A DNA stretch of 63,865 bases, filler included, from Octopus bimaculoides (GCF_001194135.2; 5 parts of 4 records of this genome joined end to end with filler, not necessarily neighbours in it), one strand, 5' to 3'; positions 11,945 to 24,417 are shown, counted from the first letter of the whole stretch. Translations and numbers: made by a program. Notes: generated by a model not told the origin, from the letters alone.

Positions 11945-12170
11945 GTGTTTAGATTTCTATGTTTTGTTTTATTCATGCGTTCTCATGAATTTAGCTGCAT
12001 GTCTAGATATGTTCATACATACTTAAATGATAAACTTCTGGAAAGTTTTAGAGATTTTTATAGTTCTTCGAATCAGCTTTCCCCTTTCTGGCTTTGAGAA
12101 TCCTAAGGTATTTAGGTAGTGTTTTATATATCCCAGTGCTTTAAGAGTAACTTCAGATTTCTCAATAGTG
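11945..12170 (-). mobile_element. RLE retrotransposon family A 3' end (second tandem copy, internally deleted)
   Basis: LLRNLKLL..ALGYIKHYLNTLGFSKPERGKLIR..IKISKTFQKFII*. The 3' UTR matches that of the 2835-3300 copy (tctaga(t/c)atgca(a/g)cta..catgagaa). Confidence 0.75.
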
Positions 12171-12179
12171 TATGTATGT

Positions 12180-12574
12180 CTCTTCTACATTATTTACATT
12201 ATTTACATTTGACGGATATTTGTCCTCATCTTGTTTGTTGTTAACACAACGTTCGGCTGATATACCCTCCAGCCTTCATCAAGTGTTTTGGGGAAATTTT
12301 GAACCTGGGTTCTCATTTCTAAGGTATTTTTCGACGTTGTTGTTGTTGTTGTTGTTGTTGTAAGGAGAACGAGCCTGCGTTCATAATAATTTTTCTATCG
12401 CCTTGGCTCAACAGCCCTCACCGTTTGTTTTTACTGTCTTGTTCTCACTGTCCTGTTCTTGTTACACTTTCACCCTCTGCAAAAATTCCCAAATTTTATT
12501 TAATTTGCTTTGCGGGAAGGACTGTTTCAACGAAGTCGCGTATTGTCCATACCTTCGAAACGCGAACTCGGAGT
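12180..12574 (-). mobile_element. PLE pseudo-LTR with degenerate hammerhead (12243-12287), (CAA)n and an upstream ORF end
   Basis: 12190-12330 is near-identical to 37040-37180. The upstream minus-strand ORF end SKLNKIWEFLQRVKV* loosely resembles PLE C-termini (low confidence). Confidence 0.7.
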
Positions 12575-13204
12575 NNNNNNNNNNNNNNNNNNNNNNNNNN
12601 NNNNNNNNNNNNNNNNNNNNNNNNNNNNNNNNNNNNNNNNNNNNNNNNNNNNNNNNNNNNNNNNNNNNNNNNNNNNNNNNNNNNNNNNNNNNNNNNNNNN
12701 NNNNNNNNNNNNNNNNNNNNNNNNNNNNNNNNNNNNNNNNNNNNNNNNNNNNNNNNNNNNNNNNNNNNNNNNNNNNNNNNNNNNNNNNNNNNNNNNNNNN
12801 NNNNNNNNNNNNNNNNNNNNNNNNNNNNNNNNNNNNNNNNNNNNNNNNNNNNNNNNNNNNNNNNNNNNNNNNNNNNNNNNNNNNNNNNNNNNNNNNNNNN
12901 NNNNNNNNNNNNNNNNNNNNNNNNNNNNNNNNNNNNNNNNNNNNNNNNNNNNNNNNNNNNNNNNNNNNNNNNNNNNNNNNNNNNNNNNNNNNNNNNNNNN
13001 NNNNNNNNNNNNNNNNNNNNNNNNNNNNNNNNNNNNNNNNNNNNNNNNNNNNNNNNNNNNNNNNNNNNNNNNNNNNNNNNNNNNNNNNNNNNNNNNNNNN
13101 NNNNNNNNNNNNNNNNNNNNNNNNNNNNNNNNNNNNNNNNNNNNNNNNNNNNNNNNNNNNNTATATATATATATATATCATCTGTATCTGTGTACGTGTG
13201 TGTA

Positions 13205-13700
13205 TATGTTCGAGCCAGTCGCTCAGTTAAGATTTGAGCTGCAATGCCTTCTGAAGTGTATAGCTCAATCCGATTGGCGTTCTTTGTGCTAGTTTTTGTT
13301 GGAAAATAATTGTATTTAGCTGTAGTGATGTTGATGTAGATTTCTTTTTGTCTACGTTTTTCTTTCTTTTTTTTTTCTTGTTTCTTCTCTCACTGTTCAA
13401 TGCTTCTCTGATCTTTCCTCTGCACGTCTATCTTCACATCATGTTTGCAGTTACTGCTGTCTGCAATAAATTCTTTCTAACTTGTCTTATTTTGCAGATA
13501 TTTTTTTTAATGTAGAAGTGATCTTCCATTAAGGCTAGTGCAGAAGACTTTTGGGATTCGCCCGTCTTCCATTCTGCTAACATAACAAAGCCATCTCAGG
13601 CGTTGCTGTGCGAGGAGAGCACAAGCCATTATGTTCAGTCCTTTCTTGCTTTAGAATCTTCTCTCTGTTCTTGTCCTTCCTGCATGTATTCGCAAAAATT
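13205..13700 (-). mobile_element. RTE-clade LINE 3' fragment, degraded
   Basis: LLAQQRLRWLCYVSRMEDGRIPKVF and a terminal RIELY..RRHC remnant of the SRIGL.SH.R.C motif. Confidence 0.8.
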
Positions 13701-14691
13701 GGGATTGCTATTGTATTTCATTCCACGGAAGTAATAGTCAAAGAGGCGAGAAGTTTTCATTTATCCTTTGTTGTGTCATATTTAAGAAAAATCGTTATTG
13801 TGAAAATATATTCTTTGCTAGCTACAATCAATAGAAAATATCCACCAGACACGCTCTCTTATCGAGCAAAAGATTTTTCCCAAACAACGCACAAAAGCAG
13901 AAAATAATTATAAATGAAAATATGAACTTTTTTTTATTTTTATAATAGTGATGTATCTGGTGATTGTAACATGACTACGAATATATATGAAGACACACAC
14001 AACAATAACAATAAGAATGGCAATAATGGCAGTACTGTTTCCCGCATTCATGTTTGCAAACATCGCGGCAAACAAGGATACTGTGGATTTTAGCAGGTTC
14101 CTGTTGCAAGTTTGACAATACTGCATTACAAAAAAACCTTTTCTTTTGCCCATGATTTTCTCCTAAAAAGAAATGAGAAAGCTGACATAGTTATTATCTT
14201 GTTCCCGAGCGGGTAAGGGGGGGGGGTAATCGTTTCTTCATAAAGTCTGTCGAGATTAAAAATTTGAATTTGAAATTAAGGAATAAGGAAAAAGGTGCTT
14301 AGAATAGACAAATGTAAATTTTCATTTTCTTTCTGATTACTTATTAAGAAGTTCTTAAAATATCTAGTCAGTGGTATTCAGACAATAACACCATTTCACT
14401 ATTTTCGTCAGCACGTTTTTGTGTATCTTCTAACAATGAATTGAGACAGACACTGATCGATACATAGAACAGTACTTTTTGTCAATTAAGAGAAGTAAAA
14501 TGCAGAGTACTATTTGCCTACGCTTCAGAAGTGAAAAACAAAACAAAGTAACAAGCTGATGTTAAATTCACACCCACTCCTACACATGTACTCACAGCAT
14601 AAGGGTCAGCTCAAGGATGACAACTGAAGTATCACAGGTTACATGAACTTTTGGTATGTGAACATCTTTATGACATTACATAGACGGGATA

Positions 14692-14909
14692 AGGCAGAGA
14701 GCTGGCAGAAACGTTAGCACGCCGGGCGAAATGCTTAGCGGTATTTCGTCTGTCTTTACTTTCTGAGATCAATTTCCACCGAGGTCGACTTTGCCTTTCA
14801 TACTTTCAGGGTCGATAAATTAAGTATCAGTTGCATACTGTGGTCGATCTTATCGACTGGCCCACTTCCGAAAAATTTCGAGTCTTGTGCTTAGAGTAGA
14901 AAAGATTAT
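14692..14909 (+). mobile_element. SINE family C
   Basis: ggcagagagctggcagaaacgttagcacgccgggcgaaatgcttagc..gaggtcgactttgcctttcat..gggtcgataaattaagta; about ten copies in the window. The core resembles Ceph/Sauria-type SINE bodies. Confidence 0.9.
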
Positions 14910-15188
14910 ATGGACGGGCTGTAAGAAGGGACGTAAAAGAACATGCAGTCGAGAAGAGTCAGTATTGACTTGCAAGACTTTATGGAGCACAAAATCATAA
15001 AGCCATTCCAGGACTATATCTAATTCTGAGCAAATAAATGCTACAAGTGAAACTAACGAAAGAGGACAAAAAATTCAACTACAATATTTGCGGCAGAAAA
15101 AGCAGCTTCAGGGCTTCATATTCTGAGAAACTTTAAAAAGCATAGAAACAGACACGCAGAGTTACTGAAAAGTTCTTCGCTTTGAGTG

Positions 15189-16440
15189 TATTGTAGGGAA
15201 TTTGTAATAACAGTACATCCCTCTCACGTGAGGAATGGAATAACATAGTCGCCATAAGTAAAGAGAAGTACGTGAAGTACGAGAGTACATAGTAGGTGGT
15301 CAGAGATAGTTGTGTCTACTGTATACCGAAGTGGCCGTTATAAAAATCCAAAATTTTAAGGATTATAACAATGGCTACGAGAATAAACCAATTCACGTGG
15401 AGTTAATAGAAACTAGTAGAAGAGTTTAATAAACTCACAAAGTTTTGTTATGCGAATTTTACGAAAAAATAATCGTAAAATTATGGAAAGTTTGTTGCCC
15501 GGTTTGCTCGAGTTGCAAAAACAATTTTGTGAAACGTTCGCTGTAGAACATATGACTACAGCGCCATACCATTCCAAATCTAATGGACAGGCAAAAACGC
15601 TTTGTCGAAACCTTTAAAAGAGTCCTTAGAAAATCGAATAAGGAAGTCACGGGTGAGGCAGCTCTACCTCAACAATTCTTAAGAGCGTACCGTGTGACAC
15701 CAAATCCGAATACACCAGCAGATAGATCACCAGCGGAGCTGATGTTTGCAAGGAAAGTAAAATCAGTCTTTGATAAATTGCTGCCTGACAAGAAAAGAAA
15801 AAGTGCCAGGGAAGACATAGAAAGATTCTTTAGAGTTGGTGAAAAGGTGCATATGATATCATACAAGAATGGAAAGCAGAGTTGGGAAGATGGTGTAATT
15901 ACAAAATGCATAGGTAAAATGTATTGGGTAAAAAGTAAAAAAGGCATACAAAAGAGGCACAGGAACCAACAGAAAAAGAGATTCGTGAAAAGCAAACCAA
16001 AGAAGTTGGAGGAACCAATGGAATGATTGTACGATACTATCCAAGTACCAACGTCACTGCAAATGATTGAACCCAAGTGTACAAGGGAGAGGAAACGAAA
16101 ACTTACAGAGTTCCTGGAAAGAGATACCAAGTGCAAAAAATATTAAATTGTACGAAAAAACTCAGAAAGTGAGGTGGGATGAATAAAAAATTCTGACTAA
16201 ATAAAATGACACTTCCTAAGAAAAATTTAAAAGGGGAGATGTTGTCGGGAATTAGTAATATTGGTACACCCCTCCCATGTGACAAATGGAATAACCTAGT
16301 CACGATAAGTAAAGGGAAGTACGTGAAGTACGAGAGTACATAGTAGTTGATCAGAGATAGTTGTGTTTTTACTGGTTTTACTAAGTATTCTGTATACCGA
16401 GTGGACGTTATGAACATCCAGTATTTTAAGGATTATAACA
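15189..16440 (+). mobile_element. Internally deleted Gypsy (Mag-like) LTR retrotransposon with both LTRs
   Basis: 5' LTR 15189-15370 and 3' LTR 16240-16440 (TGTTG..TAACA). PBS-like tggctacgag at 15372, PPT aaaaggggaga at 16229-16239, exact 5-bp TSD GAGTG at 15184-15188 and 16441-16445. Confidence 0.92.
15483..16100 (+). pseudogene. Gag N-terminus fused to the integrase C-terminal half (frameshifted)
   Basis: MESLLPGLLELQKQ|FCETFAVEHMTTAPYHSKSNGQA, +1 frameshift, then RFVETFKRVLRK..FLRAYRVTPNPNTPADRSPAELMFARK..SWEDGVI, a typical Gypsy integrase C-terminal half. Confidence 0.85.
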
Positions 16441-17559
16441 GAGTGAAAGAAAATCAGTTAATAATGATTTTATTCAGCATATTCCCCTCTCAGATTTACA
16501 CACTTATTGTGGCGGTACTTCAGTTTTCTGAGCTTTGTAAAAGAACTCGGAATGCTGGGCCTCTAACCAGGCCTTTCATAATGTGTTCAATCCTTTCGAG
16601 ACGGAGCCTCGTTTGGAGTTTCAGTGCCAAAAAAACGGAGCCCCTTTTCACAAGTCTTACAGAGGGAATACACATTTTTTAACATTTAAAATAAAGTAAT
16701 TACTTTACATATATAAAACTAGATATATTCTTGTAGAAAATTGAATGAAACGAATACAATCTTTCTTCGTCATTCGATTTTTCAGCCGATAGATTGGCCC
16801 TGTCATCTCCTAAAGGTTAAAGCCAGGAACTTTTTAGCACCCCTTCGTAGAACAAACTTAAAGATGCAGGGTGGGGTAACGAGAAAGTGAGCAACAAGCT
16901 CAGTTTGATTTACTAAAATTGCACCAACATGGCGGCAATCCAAGATTAAAACAAATAAGGGTATGCATATTTGTAAATTTAATTACACACAAGCTCAAAC
17001 ACACACATATTTTAATGCGTGTCTTTATATGTAAATATACAAATATACTTTTCGTTTAAGTGTATATCTCCACTTCTGATTGTAAATCTATCTTATAATC
17101 GATAGATTTTAAATGGGTTAACCGCAGTTGAATTAATGGCTTCATTGTATTGATCCTTAGGTATATAGACATCAAATTTTCATCCGTTCGAAATTAGAAC
17201 ATTAAGTCGAGATGATACCCAAAACTAGATACTGTAATCTCCTTCCTCGAGTCTTATATAATTCATGCTACATCTCTAGCTCCATATATATTTAAATATG
17301 TAATGACCTTCAATGTGACTGTCTGGTTCGAGTATGGTATTTACCCCTCTGCTAATATATAGTCAAGTTGTTAAAGAAATACATGCCTGCTTAGGCGCCA
17401 GATATATCCACTTTTAGATTCTTTAATGTAATGGTCTTTACTATAAAGCAATAATATTAGGTCCCTTAACTAAAGAGAATATGTAACGCCCTTGTAATAG
17501 AATTATGTATCTATTCACTCGTTTGTATATGAATCTAGCTCTCTTATCTAGCTGTTTAT

Positions 17560-17635
<76 letters not shown>

Positions 17636-17752
17636 NNNNNNNNNNNNNNNNNNNNNNNNNNNNNNNNNNNNNNNNNNNNNNNNNNNNNNNNNNNNNNNNN
17701 NNNNNNNNNNNNNNNNNNNNNNNNNNNNNNNNNNNNNNNNNNNNNNNNNNNA

Positions 17753-17827
<75 letters not shown>

Positions 17828-18813
17828 GGGTCGGCTCATTTAATTATCTGTTGCTTTCTCTTTTCTTCAGCAACTTAATATATACATACATACTTACATA
17901 CATACATTATATCGTACGTATTTTACATGTTTCATTCATTAGACTGCAGTCATACTGGGGCACAGCCTTGAAAGGTTTTAATCTGAAATTTATTCTACCG
18001 CTAAGTTACGGGAACATAAGACAAACACGGTTGACAAAAGAGGTGGGGATAGAAACAATCACAAAGACACACACACACACACACACACATACATATACAA
18101 ACATAGATATATATATATATATTGTGAGTGCATTTAGTAAACGGAAACTGAAAGAAGCCCGATGTATATATATATGTGTGTTTGTGTGTGTGTGTGCGTG
18201 CGTGTGTGTCTGTATGTGTGTGTGTGCGCGCACGCGCATGTATATATAAATTACAAACCACACTGCAACTCAAATAAGAATGTAAACACATTCTTTCTAT
18301 ATTAGCGGCTTGTTGAAAAGAGGCGAGAGCGTGTCCCCTGATAGACCATTTTATGATTTGTTGACCACTCCTCAGAGAAGTATCCAGCTCTCTTTCCTAA
18401 TCAAACAGCATAGATCAGCCGCTCATAAAGTAGTCATAAATTAGGTCAGCACCCTGGTGGGTAGTCTAATTTGCACATTTGTACTTTTGATGGCTCAGCA
18501 TAAATTAAACAATATTTATTGTTTAAGACAGAAGAACTAGAGTAAATTTAATTATAATGCATCGCTGTTAAATAAATAAGAATTTATACGCCTTCGTTCT
18601 AATTATTGATATACGGAAGAAAAGGAGAGCATATCCTGACGGGTCCAATATATATATAAGCATGTGTATGCATTCTGTGTGTGATTGGGCTTATGCGTGT
18701 GTGTATGCATAGGGAAAAGTTTTTTTTCTCGACACGTGTTACTGAGACGACTATATTCAAATCTTTTAAACTTATATTTGTAATACTAAATTCTTTGGGT
18801 CCAATTACTTCTC

Positions 18814-19411
18814 GGATCTATTTTAAAACGGGGGCCACATTTTTCATTAATGTTTTACGTAGTGTTTTTGGTACGGAAAGACTTTCAAACTTCGTATACT
18901 TATCTATTTTGTGTTATAGAACAGAAAAATATTTTTGTATTCGAATTTATTTCATGTAAAAAATTGTCTTATTTCGATAATTTCAACCAATCACTGACAA
19001 GTATTCAGTTGTTTACATTTACTCCTTTGGCTGATTAAGCGATGTAAAGCGTATTTAATCTCCATACCTTCGTTTTATTTGCTTTTTTCATTTTAAATTT
19101 GCTTTAACCCTAACCCTAACCCTAACCCTAACCCTAACCCTGGGGTTAGGGTTAGGGTTAGGGTTAGGGTTAATTGTTTCAGAATCGTTTGTTTATGTAG
19201 TCGGCACTTAATGTATATCGGCTGAATGGACGTCAGTGATTGGTTGAAATTACAGAAATACGACAACTTTAACATGGAATAACTTATGGATTTCTTTTTT
19301 TTTTAAGAAGACTAAGAGAAAAAGATGTTTTATATGACACATTCTACCAGTGTTCCAAGTTTCAAAGTGTTTCGTTAATGAAAAATGTGGCCCCCGTTTT
19401 AAAAGAGATCC
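18814..19411. mobile_element. Fold-back MITE (Merlin-like: GG termini, 8-bp TSD) with central telomeric repeats
   Basis: TIR GGATCT(A/C)TTTTAAAACGGGGGCCACATTTTTCATTAA, 37 bp with 1 mismatch. Flanks tacttctc and tacctctc (7/8). Inner arms also match in inversion (aatttcaaccaatcactgac). Confidence 0.8.
19105..19172. repeat. Interstitial telomeric repeats (TAACCC)6-tg-(GGGTTA)5
   Basis: Read directly from the sequence; divergent orientation. Confidence 0.97.
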
Positions 19412-20699
19412 TACCTCTCTCAAGACTAACAACTAGCACTGATAATAAGCAGATAATTTTAAATAATTTTAACAACAAAACACAAGGCTTCTAGCCAATA
19501 AGTAAAGTTCAGGTGTCAAATCTTATTTAAAAATTTCAAATAATCGAAAGTTGAAAACTTCCTTACTCTGAATGTTACAATGGACATATCAGTAATAGAT
19601 AATATCGCCGATAGGTTATGCATCTACAACAGGAAACAATGACGAAACGCTACATCGCATCGCACAAAATCAAAATTTCATAGAAAAACATTGCTGTTAA
19701 GAAAATATATAGAATACCCAATAATCTAGGAAGGAAATGACATGGAAATTATGTTGGCAAATATGATGCAAAACTCCAAAAATATAAAGCACTTCCTAAA
19801 GACAAAATAACATCACATACTACTCTAAAGCGAATGAAATCTTTTGTTAATGGTCAAAAGATTTAACGAATGAGAGACAGATACCACAATGTTTCCATTA
19901 TTCTCATCTTCAATAAAGAATGAGTATTATAACTAGCGCTGCAATAACTTCTTTCAGTAAATGATATTTGGAAATTCTTCAAATATTGAAGGCCCTAGGA
20001 AATGCATTGTTCCACTTCGAACACACAGGGAGCAGTAAGAACGAAACAATAATCCTAACAAAATTGCTTTAACGGGAGTACAGATTATTTTTTCAATAAC
20101 ATATACATGTACACAAACTCACACATACATATACATTCATACATACACACACTCGCACATAAACATGCGATACACATACACCGTCATAAACCCCCTTTTC
20201 CCCCATGCCTGTCATAAATCTGTATGTAAAGGAGAGTTTGTGTAGAACGTCTACGCCACCTTCTTTACTGATAAACTAACTATTCAAGAAAATTATTTGG
20301 TTGATTGGCAGAATCGTAAATACTATAGAGAAGATGATTTGTAATATTTAGTTACGGCCTTTTACGTTCTAGGTTCGAATACTACTGTGGCCGACTTTTC
20401 ATTTCACTCTTCAGAGAAAATGCTCAGATAGGATTTAGAGAACCTTTGGAGAAAATGATCGGAAGTTGGTCGGAGTCATGAGGGTGGCTGATTTTCACCA
20501 CTTTGTAAGGTGTCCTGGTTTGTATTGCATACAAAATATTTAACCTGTTCTAATGCATTGTTTTTCCCTCTCGCTCCACCGCCACCACCAACGTTAGTTA
20601 AATACGTGTTTCTGTACGCATGCACGCAGGTAAGTGTGTGTGTGTGTGTTACAACTTGATTTGTATGACACGTTTTATATTATATTTATGGCCTTTTGT

Positions 20700-20880
20700 A
20701 TCAGGCGAAATCGTTAGCATGCCGGAAAAAATTGCTTATCGGTATTTTGACCGTCTTTACGTTGTGAGCTTAAATTCTACCCAGGTTGACTTTGCCTTTC
20801 ATCCTTCCGCCGCCAATAAAATAAATACCAGTAGAGCATTCGGGTCGATGTAATCGACTATACCCCTCCCCCAGTAAAAG
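20700..20880 (+). mobile_element. SINE family C, followed by (ATT)n at 20882-20963
   Basis: aaatcgttagcatgccgg..gttgactttgcctttcatcc..gggtcgatgtaatcgacta. Confidence 0.85.
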
Positions 20881-20900
20881 GGATTATTATTATTATTATC

Positions 20901-20963
<63 letters not shown>

Positions 20964-21247
20964 TTATGTTTGACTTTTGTTTTGCATTTGTACAAGTTGG
21001 ATCCAAGTCTCACCCAGAGACCTCAAGAAACAACAAAAGTTAGAAGTTCATGTAGGTGTTATGCCTAGGGTACCATATATCTGGATTTGTACAGTTTTGT
21101 TCAAGTGAATGTTTAAGAAACCATAAGAAAATTATGTGTTTGCTTTAAAATTTGAGATCACATAGACAGTANNNNNNNNNNGTTCCCATGAGCACTATCT
21201 TTTGAACTTCAGCCATTTTGGGGTTTCCTGGAATCTGATCTAGGTAG

Positions 21248-21248
<1 letters not shown>
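20964..21248 (-). mobile_element. 5'-truncated R4/Dong-like element with (TAA)n on both sides
   Basis: LDQIPGNPKMAEVQKIVLMGT[N gap]LSM* (stop 21158-21160) plus ~190-bp 3' UTR. Plus-strand (ATT)n at 20882-20963 and 21251-21303. Confidence 0.85.
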
Positions 21249-21300
<52 letters not shown>

Positions 21301-21305
21301 CATTA

Positions 21306-21521
21306 GGACGGCGATCTGACAGAATCGTTAGTACGCTGGGCAAAATGCTTAGCGGCATGTCGTCCGTCTTTACGTTCTGAGTTCAAATTCCGCTAAGGTC
21401 AGCTTTGCCTTTCATCCTTTCATGGTCGATAAACAAAGTACCAGTGAAGCAGTGAGGTTGATGTAATCGACTAGCTCCCTCGCCTAAAATTTCAGGCCTT
21501 GTGCTTTTAGTCGAAAGGATT
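21306..21521 (+). mobile_element. SINE family C
   Basis: ggacggcgatctgacagaatcgttag..tcgaaaggattattatt. Confidence 0.88.
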
Positions 21522-22060
21522 ATTATTAGTGTTGTTGTTGTTGTTGTTGCTGCTGCTGCTGCTGTTTGCTGCTGCTGCTGCTACTGCTGTTTGCTGTTGC
21601 TGTCATCATCGCCCTCGTTGTCATCATCATTAAAATCTTATTTATTTGCTATCAGGTTGACGCAAGAGAGAGAGAGCACTAGGAAAACAAAAGCAATAAC
21701 AAATACACAAACTCGAAACAAAGAAATAGAGACAATTAAGATATAATACGAAGGTATTACATGTGTTTCTTAAGTAATTTTTATAATAAGAATTCGTCTC
21801 AAAACAAGCTGCAAGCTGTCTCTTTACAGTCACTGATCATTTAAGCAACAACGGTCAATTACAGGCTCGCTGAAATGCCTAATGAATAAAGCTATGTGTA
21901 TTATCATCATGAGCCGTAGCGGGTGGACACGTTCAAAACGGAAACAGCGCAGTCACTGTCTCCCATTTTGCTAAAGTCATTCTCGACGTTTGGTTGAAAT
22001 CATTCACATGATATATTGCCGCTACACCCTTTAGGATGTGTGTGTGGTGTGTGTGCGTGT

Positions 22061-22109
<49 letters not shown>

Positions 22110-22219
22110 CGTGTGCGCCGAAAGAGAGAGTGTGTGGGTGGTGTGCATTTGTGAATTGTGTGAGTATGTGTGTGTGCACGTGCGTGTTTGTGTGCGTAAT
22201 AAACATACATACACATACA

Positions 22220-22255
<36 letters not shown>

Positions 22256-22489
22256 CGATTGAGGATGAGGCTGTGTGCGCATGCGCGCGCGAATATGTGT
22301 CTGCGTGCGTACTTGACTATTTGTTTGAGAGGAAACTGAGCATTTCCGTTAAAGAGTCAAAATATCTTCCCAATTACGGTGTACATTTACAGCCGCCAGG
22401 CGAATTACAAATAACATCATTACAACTGTAATTAACTTCGTCCTGGAATGATTTTCACTCATGAACACGCTCGGTATTACTCTCATTTT

Positions 22490-22802
22490 CCCTCTTTTGT
22501 CATTCATTCGTTTGTTTGTTTTTTTATTGCTCCCTCTCTCCGCTTCTCTCTCTCTTTGTGTTTTCTTTTTTCCTCTTTTACTTTTTCCCTTTATTTAAAC
22601 CATGCACTTTTCTTATTTTTCTTTCCTCTTCTCTTTCCTTTCTTTATTTCTTGCTGCTTTTTTTTTTTTGTAGTTACTCTCCTTTTTATTTTAATCATTC
22701 ATATCTCTCTTTTTTAACATTATCTCCATTTTACCTTTTCCTCTGCTTACTCTTCATCTTTTCCTTCTCCCTTCTCTCTCTCCTCTCACTCCTCTGTCCC
22801 TA

Positions 22803-22836
<34 letters not shown>

Positions 22837-23000
22837 TTCGCTTTCCTCCCCACAACCACCCCCATTTCTTTTTATTTTCACAATATTTTGTACTTTCATT
22901 AAATGTCTTCTAGCATCTTTTCTCTCATTCTTTCCTTATTTTATTTGTCTATTTCTCTCATTATTCCTTCCTTCTGCTCTTTCGTTTTTTCTTTATTACC
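22490..23000. repeat. Polypyrimidine low-complexity tract with (CT)n
   Basis: Almost exclusively C/T; the F/L/S-rich ORFs here are compositional. Confidence 0.9.
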
Positions 23001-24372
23001 GTCATTCCCTCTCCACTGTTTCTGTATATAATTTATTCACTATTTCTCTTTAGATTATTACATTTTAATTATTTTCTTAAATTTCTAAATGGAATATGTC
23101 CCTATAGTTTCGTCTTATCCTTATCAATTTTACTTTTCTTTATTAGATTTAATTGCCGTCTACTATATCTATCGGGGCAAATATTTTCTTTTCTTGATTT
23201 TTCATCAACTTCATCTCTAAAGCCTTATTTCATACTAAACTTTGATAACATTCATGAATCAGACAATTATTATCTAAACTTATTTCACCATCTTTTTAAT
23301 CGATATAGTTATGATGGATTTCGTATTGTAATCTTAATCAGTTGTTGAAAATGTCAAGCGCAACCGACAAATAGACGGTTCTTGGGGTAAAATATGAAGC
23401 TCACTGATAAAAAAGAATTACAGTGTAAAATCTAAATCAATAAAGTGTAAAAATATATTAGAACTCATAAACAACACTTCCATATACCGTAGTCATTTTT
23501 TATCGAGTGCTTTTTCAAAGTGTGATTAGGAGCAATCGAAGCAGTAACTTAGATAGGTACGTATAAAGCAGGTTTCATATGTTCTGACTCCAAATGAATT
23601 TTCTTTTTTAAATGCATCAATACTAATTTTATATCTTACATAGTGCTGTTACTAAGTTAACAAACATTCTTAGCCAGAGAAAAATTAAGTAATAAATTTG
23701 AAACACAGAAAAGAATTGACCCAAACTAGTACACCTGTGTCATAAAAAAATAATTAGTTTTCTTTGATTATATAGAATAATGCTTCTGATCAAATGAAAT
23801 TGGTTATTAGATTATTGTCATAATTTTCGAAATACGCTGTATTGGAACTAATATTGTATATAGTATTTGTCCATTTTCATATTTGAATCCATGTTCTTGC
23901 AAAGTTTCTAAAACCTAAATAAAAGAATTCGTCAAATGGTAAGTCCTAAGACGAAATCAGTAATTTAAACTTCAAACCTATGAATTTATACAATTAATGA
24001 TGTATTATTTTCCTTGGTACCAATGTGCGAACTCATAAGTTCATTTGAACTTGAAATTCAAACTTTATAACTAAAAGTGTTCTCAGCATAAAAATGTTCA
24101 CAACATAAACACTTTACTTGCTAGATGCACCAACCAAATTAACAACAAATAAACACTGCTTACAAAAGAAGGATACATTGGATTATGTGGCCCGAAATAA
24201 AAAAAATAAAAGACAGTATTGTTTTGGTTTCATTGTCTTTGAAAGTAGGCCTGCCCGGTCATGACTGATTCGGAGGTTAAAGAACAAAAACAACAGCAAA
24301 AATATTGATGACCGTATGGTATAAAAAATAAACTCATTGCATCGTTTCTCAATCGGAGTGTCGAAGACTCAC

Positions 24373-24417
24373 ACGAGATGACGCGAACACATTTTCCATT
24401 CTCAGTAAAAAGAATAC
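24373..24417 (-). other. Candidate 45-nt exon of an unidentified host gene
   Basis: Acceptor cctttccatccctttctcccatgttacgtgcAG and donor GTGAGT; two of three frames are open. Splice signals only, no homology recognised. Confidence 0.25.

Larger units (their letters stand above)
15155..16690 (-). mobile_element. Mariner 3' remnant interrupted by the LTR element (pieces 15155-15188 and 16441-16690)
   Basis: Minus strand AWLEAQHSEFFYK/RKLKYRHNKCVNLRGEYAE* is the mariner C-terminus. The TIR-like gttactgaaaagttc at 15161-15175 matches the 39799 copy. Confidence 0.75.

Noticed and set aside
19105-19172. Ancient telomere-telomere chromosome fusion
   Set aside because: A fusion gives (TTAGGG)n then (CCCTAA)n. 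The order here is the reverse, the arrays are tiny, and they are the axis of a TIR element with a TSD.
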